NCBI RefSeq assembly: GCF_006345805.1
Contig: NC_042999.1
Location: 140,120,001-140,184,000 of the forward strand
Direction of reading: 5' to 3'
Source: Octopus sinensis
Lineage: Eukaryota
DNA length: 64,000 nucleotides
Both the position numbers and the translations under genes were made by a program. Each line of letters starts with the position of its first letter. Positions within the stretch are counted from its first letter, which is position 1. A model generated the notes under the pieces. That model had not been told where the DNA came from and did not search any database. It worked only from the letters and a program-made list of their open reading frames with translations. Shown here in pieces: positions 37,763 through 51,347 of the stretch.

Positions 37763-38504
37763 GTAAGTATCAACTTTCATTTTACATGAGCAGTTGGTCT
37801 TGGCTAGTATTTTTTTTTTTTTATGCAATCCAACTTACCAGATTTGCATCTTCTGGTGTTTCCTTTCTCACAATATTTCTTCTTCAACTTAGAGAAGTTC
37901 TTAATGAAACAGTTGAATTCACTTTCATCACACACTTACCACCTTCTTTTTAGTGTGGATTTTTAAATATTATTTTGAGATCCTACTTCTCAGACTTTTT
38001 ATTTTATTAAAATATATCCATTTCAGGACAGCTTACTAATGTAATGTCTCAGTGTCTCAAAAAGGACACACTGGAATGATCCTTGGTTGCCTACTGATTA
38101 GAATAAAAATCTGAAATTCTTAGGCAACAGTAAAATATGATTTGTAATTGTCATGCCTTCCCTAGTACATTTGTCAATAGTTGAGATGAAATAGAACTAA
38201 ATAGAAATTGAAATGCCTCACTACAGATTGAGGAGGAAGAACTTGTCTATTCTCACTTTCAAATGATGAATATTATTTCTTATACAAGCATAAAACTGTT
38301 GATTGTAATGGAAGGGGAAATGAGATTGTGGAATGAATTCACTCATTCTACTGGTAGATGTTTCCAATCTTATTGCCATGCAAATGGAGAATAAACCTTT
38401 TATCTCAGTTATACAATTCTAAACCCTTTTCTAGTTAAACATTTTTTTTTAACTAACTATATTTTGGGATATGACTAATCTGGTTTTTTTATTTTTTTAT
38501 TCAG

Positions 38505-38562
38505 GATCAACTCCTCAAGAAAGGAATGGTGATATTAAGGGAGTCAATGAAAAATTTAAAAG
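38505..38562 (+). CDS. PRR5: PRR5-like exon: DQLLKKGMVILRESMKNLK(G)
   Basis: Acceptor ttttattcag, donor gtgcgt, phase 0 to 1. Aligns with NQLLTKGMVILRDKIRFYEG. Confidence 0.92.
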
Positions 38563-40119
38563 GTGCGTTTTATTTGTCATTAAGGTAGTGCTACAGCATG
38601 GATGGTGATAATAACTTCAACATGAGCAGTATAAATAACAAAGATGGTACTCTAGAATGAGAAGTACTATTTATAAGGTGGCTCTTCCTAACTTTACTGT
38701 GCTAATAACAGTGATTCAGCATAGCCTAACTATGAAGATTAAAACAAAATTAAGTAAATGTAGATGACATGGGACAGCATAGACAGTGCAAATATCAGAG
38801 ATCCAGGATAAATGGGTTATAATACCTAGTTTGGGACCACACAGTTTAAATTCAAATCTCTTGCGTCGACTTAGTGCTACTGACATTTTATTCTCAATAA
38901 AATTAGTAACATTAATATACTGTGCTTTAAGTAAAAAAAATTCCATATTCCAATAGTTGATTTTAATACAGAATATGAGGAATGATTGCAGATTTTTGTT
39001 ACTCAAGCTGTTTGAAACCATTAGTTTCAAACAGTTTACATCTTTCTGTGCTAGCTTCAGTTGGATGAGTAATCACAGTCCAAACAGACCTATTGGGCAC
39101 AACAATTCCATAGACTGATACATGTCATTTAACTTAATACCTGTGGCTGGATGCCTTTCCTATCACCAACTAGAATATACTGGGTGTTAGTATTCTTCAG
39201 CATTGATATCTTGTGGCATTCACCAACTACTTTATGTTGTGTACTGGGTGATTTTTTTTTCTTTGTACACTTGCATTAGAAAGATTATCTCACTCACCAA
39301 TCACTGTAGAGGGAGTGTAGCAAGGTGGAATATTCCATTAAGGTACAAGCACAGAAAGGGTTCCTTGTATACATTTTAATCAGTAACCTAAGATACGTAG
39401 ACTGAGGAAGGGGAGAGAAAGTGATGACAGCAGAAAAGCCAGAAAAGTGCATCTGAGAGTTGGGGCAAGAGTGTAAGTGTAGTGAGTAGTCTATACTTAT
39501 ATTTGTGAGCAATTTGCTCAGGTGACAAAGAAGAAGAATAGAAGAGATAGAGGAATGACATCAGAAGGAACAGAATGAGTGGCTGAATGGAACAGAGTAT
39601 GATATGGGTGGGGTAGGGTTATTTGGGAATGGTGAGTGGCAAAAGCAGAGGTGGACAAAGGTAAGAGTGGGTGATGTGGTAAAGGCAGGAGTAGTTGATG
39701 GGTGGCAACAGAGGAAAGAGTGATGACTGTCGGCACAGAAAGATGAAGTTAGTGCATTGGGTAGGAAGTGAGAATGTATGTATGCAGAGGTGGACTGGCC
39801 AGGTTGCCAGCATGTCCAATGGCAAGTGGGCCCCTGTGCCATTAAAATCCATATATGGGGGCCCATCCCTCCAAGTTTGATCATTTTTTATTCACTCCTA
39901 GAAGAATGCATTATTTCAGCCTGGCTATGTTTGTAGACAGTTGAAAAGAATACTTTTAACAAAAAAAAATTAAATTAAATGATAGCATTGTAGTTGCGAG
40001 CGGGCCCCCTTTATCTCCTAGCAACCAATATTTTTAGACCCGGTTCGCCACTGTATGTATGTGTTTGTGTGTATTTATATGTGTGGTGTGTGTGTGTGTG
40101 TAAGTCTTGTATATAATTT

Positions 40120-40490
40120 TGATTCAAATATTTTAAACATGGTTCCGGGTTCAGTCCCACTGCATGGCATCTTGGGCAAGTGTCTCCTTCTATAGCCTTG
40201 GGCCAACCAAAGCCTTGCGAGTGGATTTTATAGATGGAAACTGAGAGAAGCCTGTTATGTTTGTATATATATTTATATGTGTGTGTCTGTGTTTGTCCTC
40301 CCATTATTGCTTGACAACTGATGTTGATATGTTTACATCCCTGTAATTTAGTGGTTTGGCAAAGGAGACCAATAGAATAAGTACTCAGCTTACAAAGAAT
40401 AAGTCCTGGGGTTGACTACAAATAAAAAAATCTTTTAAGGCAGTGCTCCACCATGGCCACAGCCAAATTACTGAAACAGGTAAAAGAATA
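40120..40490 (+). mobile_element. tRNA-derived SINE (same family as 8890-9240); head portion at about 40120-40260 reads on the + strand
   Basis: ggttccgggttcagtcccactgcatggcatcttgggcaagtgtc..aaagcc head and ctccaccatggccacagcc tail. Confidence 0.7.
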
Positions 40491-40798
40491 TAAATAGTTT
40501 TGCTGTGTGCTGAATTTTTAGAGAGCTTGAAATAAATTCTGATGCACACTGTAGTTGACTGAGACAGTTTTCACCTTTCACTGATAATGTCTTCACTACT
40601 TAGGCAAAATGAAAATTCCTGCTATCAACTTCTGATGCCTGACTGTAATTGAAGGAAAGATTGAAATGGATTAATCATCAAAGACTGAATTTTTAGTGAT
40701 TTGATATCACAGCGCTTTGTATTTTGTCTGTATGAATGAAGTATAGGAAGTATCTTGTAGAGTCAAATATTTTTGTGATGTTCCTTTTTTCTTTGCAG

Positions 40799-40890
40799 GT
40801 GTTGCATTACTGGAGAAATTATCTGAGACATGGAATTATTTCTACAAAGAAATAATATTTACATTGCAGGCAATACTTTATCCATTCCAG
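40799..40890 (+). CDS. PRR5: PRR5-like exon: (G)VALLEKLSETWNYFYKEIIFTLQAILYPFQ
   Basis: Acceptor tttctttgcag, donor gtaaaa, phase 1 to 0. Aligns with QKLLDSLAETWDFFFSDVLPMLQAIFYPVQ. Confidence 0.93.
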
Positions 40891-42243
40891 GTAAAACAAT
40901 AACAACTCAAAATTAATCAGTTTTAAAATTAATCTTGAGGCTTTTTTTACCACAATTAATTCCTTTTTTTTTTTTTTTTTTTTTATTTTATTTATTGGGA
41001 TCACATTGACTCTACCTATAATTTCAGTATCTTATATTACCAGTTGATTTTTACTATTTCTACAATCACTGATATCACCAAACCAAAGAGAACTAACCCC
41101 CCCAAAATCTATACTTTACATTCTACCATCTTAGAAAAGTAAGCACATTGTATTATGTAGTCCTAGATACTCTGTGGATAAAAAAAAATGGAATGGTCAT
41201 GACTGGAAAATTTTAAAGCAAAAGCTTGTTTGATCCAAGTTAACCTGAAGTTAAACAGCAGCAATAACAATAATTTGTTACTCCATTAGCTTTAATGCAT
41301 TATTTTTACTTGTTACCCCCTTAACTGTGCCACATTAATTTCACTAGTAACACCACTGACCACATTACCTGCCACATCAACCCAAGCCAACAGTTGTTAC
41401 TAAGTAGACTTTGAGACATTGAGGGAGCTTCTGCATGGTTGCTCTACATGCTGGAAATAGCAGTCAAATCTCACTCAGATCACATCCTACTAATGGATAT
41501 ATTAGATAATGATACCAATTACACTATCTGAAGGACAAAAAAGACTGGAGGGTCACAGTTAAAACAGTGTTTGGTCATGGATCTACTTGATCAGAGCCAA
41601 GTTGTTCTAAACAACAACAATTAGCAAACCATAAACAACCAAGTCCTTCCCAGAAGTTGGAAATATCCAGTCGATTTGAACAGCAGCCTTTTTCCTACTT
41701 CAACTTGGATTACAGAACTGAATTTCTATTGAAGCAACAACATAGATGGAACATATCAGCTGTCATACATTTCTTTTTTGCCAATAACTTTGCTGAGAGG
41801 GGATGGAGTTAATTATCATAGCTAATCTACTCTTGTAAGTATATGAGAGTTCAGAGATTCCAGAATGTCTCTCTGATGCAGAACTCCTTCAGTTTGGTGA
41901 TACAGGCTTGACTAACTGGATGATAATTCACAGGTGATGTGCAGTTACATTTTTTTAATAAAAGAAATAACACCGGCAATTTCCCACTGTTTTATGATTT
42001 TGCAATTATTGAAAAAGTAGTGAAAGCTGGTACATTAGAAAGAGCCCACTACATTTGTGAAACAGATGAACAAGGGAGGCTTAGTTTGCATACATTTGAC
42101 TTGGCATCATAGCATTGCAGGAATTATAGAATGTGACACTTTTGATAAAATTACATCATGAAATATACTAGTTTGCTTTCTCTGTCAATAACACAAAAAT
42201 TAAGTAAATGAAACATTTCAATTAGTTTTCTTTTGTCTTTCAG

Positions 42244-42340
42244 GATAATTCTACAGAGGAAATGCCAATGACAATACGTCAAGTAATTTTAGCTGACTTT
42301 CGAGATACAGTCTTGCTGAAGATTAATCAGGATGTGGAAG
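42244..42340 (+). CDS. PRR5: PRR5-like exon: DNSTEEMPMTIRQVILADFRDTVLLKINQDVE
   Basis: Acceptor tgtctttcag, donor gtatat, phase 0 to 1. Aligns with SVRQLALLHFRNAITL. Confidence 0.92.
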
Positions 42341-42649
42341 GTATATAATTTACAATTTTTAAACTGCTCTCTTTCTGTGTGTGGGTGGGGTCGAGGTAGG
42401 GATTGGAACACACACACACACACTCTATGGAACTTAATCCAGAACATGCAGTGTTAAAAATTGAAGTTATTTAACTGAACCACGATATTTTAGTATGTCT
42501 CTCATGAAAATATAAGATTTATATAAAAATCTAATTCATTTGCATTTATTTATACATCATAGGCATGCATGCAAGAATTGTCAATGTGTGTTTTATACAC
42601 ACACACACACATATATACACACACAAGATATATATATGTATATAGAAAG

Positions 42650-43195
42650 ACACACAGACAGAGAGAGGGGGGAGTGGGAGAGACAAACACAGGGTGAGGC
42701 AAGGAGAGACAGACACAGGATGAGGCAGGGAGAGACAGACACAGGATGAGGCAGGGAGAGACAGACACAGGATGAGGCAGGGAGAGACAGACACAGGATG
42801 AGGCAGAGAGAGACAGACACACTGATTTGGAGAGGCAGGGAGTGACAGACTAGCAGAGCAGCCAGGCAGATGGACAGACTCAAACAGAGAGAAGGACGGA
42901 CAAGCGGACAGACTCAGGAAGAGAGAGGGAACTGTCAGGCAGACGGACTGACTTGGGCACAGAGAGAGAGAGAGGGACGAACAGGTGGATGTATGGACTT
43001 GGGCAGTAAGTGGGGCTGATAGGCAGACACACAGACAGATCGGGACACAGAGAGACACAGACAGACCGGGACACACAGAGACACAGACAGACCAGGACGC
43101 ACAGAGACACGCAGACAGACCGGGACACAGAGACACGCAGACAGACCGGGACACAGAGACACGCAGACAGACCGCGACACAGAGACACAGACAGA
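42650..43195. repeat. GA/CA-rich minisatellite-like array (gagacagacacaggatgaggcagg; gacagaccgggacacagagacac units)
   Basis: Directly visible tandem units of about 22-26 bp. Confidence 0.9.
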
Positions 43196-44244
43196 AAAAA
43201 AAATTAATATTAACTCCTCTCAAAAATTGTTGAAATATAGCAATGATTGAAGTGCAAGTATATATCAAACATTTAAAGTATTTGATGTTTGTGTATAAAA
43301 GGTGTTAAATTAGTAGAAACAGTGCAGTGCCAGATTACCTTACAGCATTTAACATTGCCTTCTTTCATGTTCTCACCACCTTTCACCCTCTCAATATCGA
43401 TGAAACAGATACTATAAAAACACTAAGTCAATTCAATAGTCTACATTCTTGTCCTATCTTGATCTTATACTCTCTCTCCCCATCTCTCTCGGTCCGTCTG
43501 TGTGTGTCAGTCAGTCCATCTGCGTCTCTTCTCTCTCTGTCACTGTCACTGTCCCTCTATGTCTTTCTCTGTCAGTCTGTGTCTCTCTGTGTCGTGGTAG
43601 ATATCTCTCTGTGTCGTGGTTGATATCTCTCTGTGTCGCGGTCTGTCTGTGTTTCTCTCTGTCTCAGACAGACCGTGACACAGAGAGAGACATCAACAGA
43701 CCAGGACACAGAGACACCCCGACCGCAACACAAAGAAACACAGACCAAGACACAGAAACACCGACCGCAACACAGAGAGATACCGACCGTGACACAGAAA
43801 GATATCTAACATGACACAGAGAGAGACACCGACCGCGACACAGAGAGAGACACCGACCGCGACACAGAGACACAGGGGGACAGTGACAGAGAGACAAGAG
43901 ACGCAGATGGACCGACTGACAGACACACAGACGGACTGAGAGAGAGAGAGAGACGGGGAGAGAGAAAGAGAGTATAAGATCAAGGTAGGACAAGAATGTA
44001 GACTATTGAATTGACTTAGTGTTTTTATAGTATGTTTCATTGATATTGAGAGGGTGAAAGGTGGTGAAAACATGAAAGAAGGCAATGTTAAATGCTGTAA
44101 GGTAATCTGGCACTGCACTGTTTCTGCTAATTTAACACCTTTTATACACAAACATCAAATACTTCAAATGTTTGATATATACACGCTCTTCAATCATTGC
44201 TATACTTCAACAATTTTTGAGAGGAGTTAATATTAATTTTTTTT
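43195..44244. repeat. About 1.05 kb foldback inverted repeat inside a PRR5 intron
   Basis: About 270 bp of unique sequence (43195-43465) is the near-perfect reverse complement of about 43965-44244. It continues into mirrored CT/GA repeats, with the centre near 43665 (tgtct-c-agaca). Confidence 0.92.
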
Positions 44245-46054
44245 CCATATTGGCACAAAGCCACAAATTTGTAGACTAGGGGTGCAGTCATTTGAGTCAA
44301 CTCCTGTACTTGTTTGTGACCTAATGTTATATATAGTTTTGGCTTTACCATATTTAATTTATTCACAATACTAGAAAAATGAAAAGTGTTCCGTAAAGTG
44401 GTGATTTCTGGAGCAAAGAATGTTTTGTAGGATTTTACTCAGCCAAACAGTGATTAGAATCTCAGTTCCATAGGTCTTGGAAGGTTGCTGGAAATTTCCT
44501 CCTCAAACATCTCGTTTTTTAAAATTGTGATAACTTGCAGATAGTTTACAAACTGTAACATTCATATGAACATCCTTTCAGTTGGTTACCAATATGCCTT
44601 AGGTTTGCAAAAGTAGAGCTGATTTGTCATCATCATCATCGTTTAACGTCCGCTTTCCATCCTAGCATGGGTTGGACGATTTTGACTGAGGGCTGGCGAA
44701 CCAGATGGCTGCACCAGGCTCCAGTCTTGATTTGGCAGAGTTTCTACAACTGGATGCCCTTCCTAACGCCAACCATTCCATGAGTTTTGTGGGTGCTTTT
44801 ATGTGCCACCGGCACAGGGGCCAGACAGGCGGTACTGGCAACGACCTCGCTCGAATCCTTTTATACATGCCACCAGCACAGGTGCCAGAAGGCAACTTGT
44901 GGCTAACTTAAACAATATTTATATAAATTATGGCTGAGCCTATGACAGTGAAGACTTCTAGCATTCTCAGCTCCCTGGACCATATCCTTGCTCACTGTTA
45001 CCAGGGCAGTCTGCAAGTGTGAGCCTTGTGAGTCAGAGTGGCTGTTCCAGCACATCCCCTTTGACATCCTCTGGGACAATGTTTTCTCCATATTGTCTCC
45101 TAGGACCATAAGGTGGTCTGACTTACAGGAAAAGTGCATAAATGGATTTAGATTGTCCTCAGTGTCCAATACTGCAGAAAACTCCTATTGCTATCATTAT
45201 TATCATTAAAGAAAAAAAATCATAGTTTGGGGTCCCTTGTTATTCACACCCAACTGATAAAGTATGACATCATAGAAAAATATAAATTATTGTCTCTAAT
45301 ATGAAGTTCAAAGCTTTCTATTCTACCTTGTATTGATGATGTTAGACTATATACTGTATTTCCATTGTTCCATTGGGAATAAGAATAAATAAACCTGTAA
45401 TTTAAGCCATTTTTACCTTGTAGCTAGATTGTACTGAATATGTCTGAAGATATAAAAGAATTGTTTGGAGGGGGATTTCTTTTTTCTTTTTTTTTTTAAT
45501 GCTAACCTCTGATGCTGAAGTGCCACATTTTTATTAAAACAATGTGCATTGTTCCTGAAAGTTAAACATTATCTCTGATGGAGATTAATCACTCATTTAC
45601 CATGCCTAATGTCCCTTCATTGTTATATCTCCTTCATAATTGTAGGAAGCTGACAGAGTTCCAGATCTTTGAAGGACCACCATAGTGTTTGGCAGTCCTT
45701 CAAATACATGGCTTGTAAAACAGACCTAGAGGTGTGTGTGTGTGTGTTCTGACTGTGTTCAGTAGTGTACATCAAGAACGGTTATGTCTGACTTATTCTA
45801 CCAGTCACTACTGTTTGTCCATTATGATAACTGCTAGACTGACAGTTATACAACCTGGTGCATATTGTACACCTAATAGATGTTACACTTTCTAGAGCAC
45901 AAATCACCATAACCAGATACTGATAGAATAATTCAAACTAGTAGGCTTAAATAGGCTTATATTATATAACTATGACTAATTAATGCATTGAGCCAATAAA
46001 AAACTAATTAAAATTCATATAAATATTTTTTTCTACTTTGTGACACTCTTATTT

Positions 46055-47315
46055 CCTCTTTTCTTTCCTTCCTTATCTTTCTTTCCTTCCTTCTCTCTTT
46101 CTCTCCTCTTTCTTTCTCTCCTCTCTCCTTCCTTCTCTCTTTCTTTCCATCTCTTTCTTTCCCTTTCTCTCTTTCTTTCCCTTTCTCTCTTTCTTTCCCT
46201 TTCTCTCTTTCTTTCCCTTTCTCTCTTTCTTTCTCTTTCTCTCTTTCTTTCTCTTTCTCTCTTTCTTTCTCTCTCTCTCTCTTTCACACATTCTCTCTCT
46301 CTCTCTTTCACACACACTCTCTCTCTCTCTTTCACACACACTCTCTCTCTCTCTTTCACACACACTCTCTCTCTCTCTTTCACACACACTCTCTCTCTTT
46401 CACACACACACTCTCTCTCTTTCACACACTCTCTCTCTGTCTTTCACATACACACTCTCTCTCTCTCTCTCTTTCACATACACACTCTCTCTCTCTCTTT
46501 TAGTTACACTCTCTCTTTCTTTCAGTCACACACACTCTCTCTCTCTTTCACACACACTCTCTCTCTCTTTCACATACACACACACACTCTCTCTCTTTCA
46601 CACACACACACACTCTCTCTCTCTCTCTCTTTCACACACACACACACCCTCTCTCTCTTTCACACACACACACACACTCTCTCTCTCTCTCTTTCACACA
46701 CACACACACACACTCTCTCTCTCTTTCACACAACACACACACTCTCTCTCTCTTTCACACACACACACACACTCTCTCTCTCTTTCACACACACACACTC
46801 TCTCTCTCTCTTTCACATACACACTCTCTCTCTCTCTTTTAGTTACACTCTCTCTTTCTTTCAGTCACACTCTCTCTTTCTTTCAGTCACACTCTCTTTC
46901 AGTCACACTCTCTTCATTCTCTCTCTTTCACTCTCTCTCTCTTTCACTCTCTCTCTCTTCACTCTCTCTTTCACACACTCTCTTCACTCTCTCTCTTTCA
47001 CACTCTCTTTCACACACTCTCTTTCACTCTCTCTCTTGCTCCCTCTTTCTCTCTTTCACCCCTGCTCTTTCTCTCTTTCACCCCTGCTCTTTCTCTCTCT
47101 CTCTCACTCTCTCTCTTGCTCCCTCTTTCTCTCTCTTGCTCCCTCTTTCTCTCTTTCTCTCTTGCTATCTCACTCTTGCTCTCTCTCTCTCTCTTACACA
47201 CTCTTTCTCTCTCTTACACACTCTTTCTCTCTCTTACACACTCTTTCTCTCTCTTACACACACACTCTCTCTCTCTCTCTCTCTTACACACACACACATT
47301 CTCTTTCTCTCTTTA
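46055..47315. repeat. 1.25 kb compound (CT)n/(CA)n microsatellite with higher-order units
   Basis: Directly visible. Ends about 65 nt upstream of the exon at 47382. Confidence 0.95.
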
Positions 47316-47381
47316 ATTAAGGGTTAGGGTTACATTTTTGTTTAGATTTACATATTCATGTATCTTGATATTTATTTCCAG

Positions 47382-47443
47382 AGGCACTTGAAGCTTCAAA
47401 TGTTCCATTTGAACCAATCAAACAAATGGTCTTGGTTTTACAG
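47382..47443 (+). CDS. PRR5: PRR5-like exon: (E)ALEASNVPFEPIKQMVLVLQ
   Basis: Acceptor tttatttccag, donor gtaagc, phase 1 to 0. Aligns with DAL..VPPAIVQMLLVLQ. Confidence 0.92.
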
Positions 47444-47713
47444 GTAAGCATTTCTCAAATGATTTTATTATCCCCATTTTTGTTTTATATTTAATTTATT
47501 TTGCAGTTCATTCATATTTGTATTGATATCTTTTTCTTAAATTCAAACTGATATTTGTTAGGTTAGCATTGAAAGGCCATCTATATATAAATTTATTGCT
47601 CCAATAATTCACCTGAAAATATTCATATTTAGAAAAAAATTCTATCTTACAAAAATGTACATAAGACTATTTTTAAAAAATTTCCTTTTATTTTATTTTA
47701 ATTTTGTTTCTAG

Positions 47714-47873
47714 GGCTTGTATGATGGGAGCAGTTTGGAAACGCAACTGAAATTAGAAAGGCTTGTGGTCCGTGCAGTTCGTCCTTACTTGGGTGTAAGG
47801 GGACTTTATGTGAGAGATACAGAACCAGTTGTTGAGGCCTCTACAAACATTACCCTTCCACCCAAAGATACAG
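47714..47873 (+). CDS. PRR5: PRR5-like exon: GLYDGSSLETQLKLERLVVRAVRPYLGVRGLYVRDTEPVVEASTNITLPPKDT
   Basis: Acceptor tttgtttctag, donor gtttgc, phase 0 to 1. Aligns with GVHES..YLRLETLVQKVVSPYLGTYGL. Confidence 0.92.
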
Positions 47874-48729
47874 GTTTGCTGATAATTATTTTTACATCTG
47901 ATCAGTTTTCTACATTTTTCTGTTCCTATTTTTATAGCTACACATATCCTACTGATATTCTGCTACTATCAGTACATTCAGGTTATATCATTAGAATCTT
48001 TGGTGTATCAAGTTCATAAGCTCTAGAGCTTATGGGAATTTTAACAGAAAACTTATGCCTCTTCTCACTAAGGTTAGAACATCTAAGTTTATAAGTACTT
48101 CAAGTCATAGTTTAGTGATATGTATGCATACATGTTATATATGACAAATTTATAAGGCTACATACAGTGTGACAAGTGTTGTATATCAAATATATATTTT
48201 GGGTATCATCATCATCATCATCGTTTAACATCCACTTTCCATGCAGGCAGGGGTTGGACAGTTTGACTGAGGACAGGTGATCCCGAAGGCTGCACCAGGC
48301 TCAATCTGATGTGACAAAGTTTCTACAGCTGGATGCCCTTCCTAAGTGTAGTGGGTGCTTTTACATGCCATCGGCATGAGGGTCAGTCAGGCAGTTCTGG
48401 AACAACCATGGTACCTGCATGGGTGCCAGTCTGGTGGCACTGGCAACGACCATTCTCAAATGTTGTTTTTCATGTGCCACCAGCACATGTGCCAGTAAGG
48501 CAATGCTGACAATGATCATGCTCAAATGGTACTTTTTACGTGCCACCGGCATGGGAGCCAATCCATGGCCCTGGCAACAATCATGCTTGGATGTGCTATT
48601 AATGTTCACAGAGCTCAGATACTCTACAACTTTATGAGAAAAAGTAACCAAAGCTGCATGAACAGAACATAGAATATGCACGGGAAATGAGCAGTGAATG
48701 AGTCATTAAAAAAAAAAAAAAACACGTGG

Positions 48730-49960
48730 GGATCATCAGGTGTACTGTTGAAGAGTTTCAGGAAGCATAGAAGTTTTGAAGGATGTAGTATCCTGACGAC
48801 TAACAACTGATGTGGCTAGTTTATTCCTTGCTTCAATAATTCTGAGTCTCAAAAAACTGTTTCTGAAAGTCATGAATGCTTTTTTTTTTTTCTGTTTTAA
48901 TTTTTATTTTGTAAGCATGTCCATGAGTGTTAGACATATGCAATTCAAAAAGGTACCCAAGGTTGTTGGTGGAAATATGGTGAATAATCTTGTGGGTGTC
49001 TACCAGGTCATGTTCAGAGTATGGCAGAAGCCTGACGGCAGGTATTTGTCTGGTTGCATCTTTCCAGGAGATTGGTATGCTGAGCTAGATAGGGGTTCCA
49101 TACTGGTGATGCAAACTCTAAATGTGGGTGTACCAAAACCATATATACAGTTCTAAATAGATAGCTAGAGAGCAGCTGATAAAGGTTTTGCTGAGTGATG
49201 CTAAGACACCTCCAGCCTTCTTGATAGTTTTAGAGATGTGGTTTGTCTGAAGTGAATCACTGTTGACAATAATACCCAAGTCACATTCACTAGCAGACTT
49301 CTTACGATTGGTGTGGTAGAGGGAGTATTAAAAGCTGAGTTTTTTCCTCACAAAATTCATAGTGGTCCACAGCCAGCTTGAATTGCCAGTTGGTAATCCA
49401 TTCCTACATTGTGTCCAGGTCTGATTGCAGGAAAGATTTATGACATATAGGATTTGTTCTTTTTATCTCAAGGTATAGCTTGATGTAATCTGTATATTTC
49501 AACACTGTAATATTCAAGTTGGCATCTATGTCATTAATATATACAACAAACAACAGGGGTCCAGGGATCCCTGTGATAGCCCAGATGTCATCTCATAGTG
49601 TGAAGAGTGCTGTCCTAGATCGATCTCATTTTTGACTGAGAATGAAGAATTTCAACCAGTTGATCTTTTGCACCCATTGCAATGAGTTTTGCCATGAGTC
49701 GTTTATGTGACACAGAATTGAAGTCTTTAGTGAAGTCTAGATAAATAACATCCATCCATCATTGATCCAGGTGATGTCTTCAAGAAACTCAAGTTGGCTA
49801 CAGCAGCTGAAGTTTGGGGAGGATTTAATAAGGCTGTGAGAGTTCCAGAATTTCCAGAGTGTTTCTCTGACACTGGGACTGCATCAGTTTGGTGATGCAG
49901 CTAATAAGACTGACGGAATGGTAGTTGAGGTGTGATCACCTTTTTTTGCACAGAGGAATG
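48730..49960 (-). mobile_element. CR1-clade LINE 3' part, decayed
   Basis: The minus strand gives MDVIYLDFTKDFNSVSHKRLMAKL, GPLLFVVYINDID and DLGIIVN motifs, plus the 3' end shared with 63620-64000. Confidence 0.8.
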
Positions 49961-51115
49961 ACACTAACAATTTTCCACTGCTCTAGTTAAAGCAGAATTG
50001 GTAAAAATGAAAACTGATGCAAAAGAAAGAACCCACCATATTTGAGAAGCAGATAAGTAACACAATCGAGTCCAGGCAAGGCATAGTTGCCTTATTAAGA
50101 TGGTATGCAGTATGACCAGAGGAAAATGAATGGATAAAGTGTTAAATAAATTATAATACAAAATACAAGCTCTATCACTTGTAATAAATTCCCAGATTCT
50201 AAACTCATATATACTAGAATTTAGAATTAAAATAATTCAATGAGCTGCATATGGGATGTAAGTTTGTGGTGTATTTACTGATTGCTTTGTATAGCTATTT
50301 TGCTGTGCTTGAGTACAAGGGACATAACTCTGTTCATGTTTGCTTAATCGTCAACGAATTTTTATTTCAAAACCTTGTTTGTGCTAATTATTAATTATAA
50401 AAAATAGATAAATGCTTCAATATGGAAAATTGATATGAAATAGCACCATTTTAATTTAGTATATTTACATTTACTGGAGGTTGTAGGATTCATGGAATAC
50501 CATCGATATCTTTTACTTGTTTCACTCATTGTATTGTGGTCATACTGTAGCACTACCTTGAAGGATTTAATCAAAGAAATGTACCCCAATATTTTTAAGT
50601 CTGGTACTTTATTGGTCTCTTTTGCCAGACTGCTACTCTATGGGTAGGGTGGGAAAACAAACCATCATGGTTGTTAAGCAGTGCATGGATGACACACATA
50701 CATACACATAGACACGGCTCTGTAGTTAAGAAGCTTGCTTTTGTGACCATGTGGTTTTCAGGTGCAACTCCATTGTTTAGCACCTTGGGCAAGTCTCTTC
50801 TACTATAGCCCTAAGCTGACTAATGCCTTGTGAGTGAATTTGATAGATGGAAACTGTGTGGAGGCCCATATTTACGTTTGTATGTATTTGTTTTTGTCTG
50901 CAACTTAGCAGTTCAACAAAAGACCAATAGAATAAGTATCAGAGTAAAAGAGCTCTTCAGGGTAATACTGAAATAAGTAAAAAAGATATATACAAAAGGG
51001 GCTTCCATACAGTTTCTGTCTCCCAAATTCACTCACAAGGCATTGATTGATCTGGGACTGTAATAGGAGACATTTTCCAAAGATGCTACATACCATGTGA
51101 TTGCAAAGCAAACCT

Positions 51116-51347
51116 ATTTCTTTACTATCCACAAGGGGCTAAGCACAGAGAGGACAAACAAGGACAGACAAACAGATTAAGTTGATTATATCGACTCCAG
51201 TGCGTAGCTGGTACTTATTTAATCAACCCCGAAAGGATGAAAGGCAAAGTCGACCTCGGTGGAATTTGAACTCAGAACATAGCCGCAGACAAAATACCGC
51301 TAAGCATTTCGCCCAGCGCGATAATGGTTTTACCATCTCAACGCCTT
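51116..51347 (-). mobile_element. Young tRNA-derived SINE with a perfect 20-bp TSD, nested in an older SINE
   Basis: tgtgattgcaaagcaaacct occurs at both 51096-51115 and 51348-51367. Confidence 0.9.

Noticed and set aside
46040-47320. 426-aa ORF, and similar ORFs at 25595-26095, 42546-43268 and 43449-44151
   Set aside because: These are translations of CT/CA/GA microsatellites, which lack stop codons. They have no domain content.
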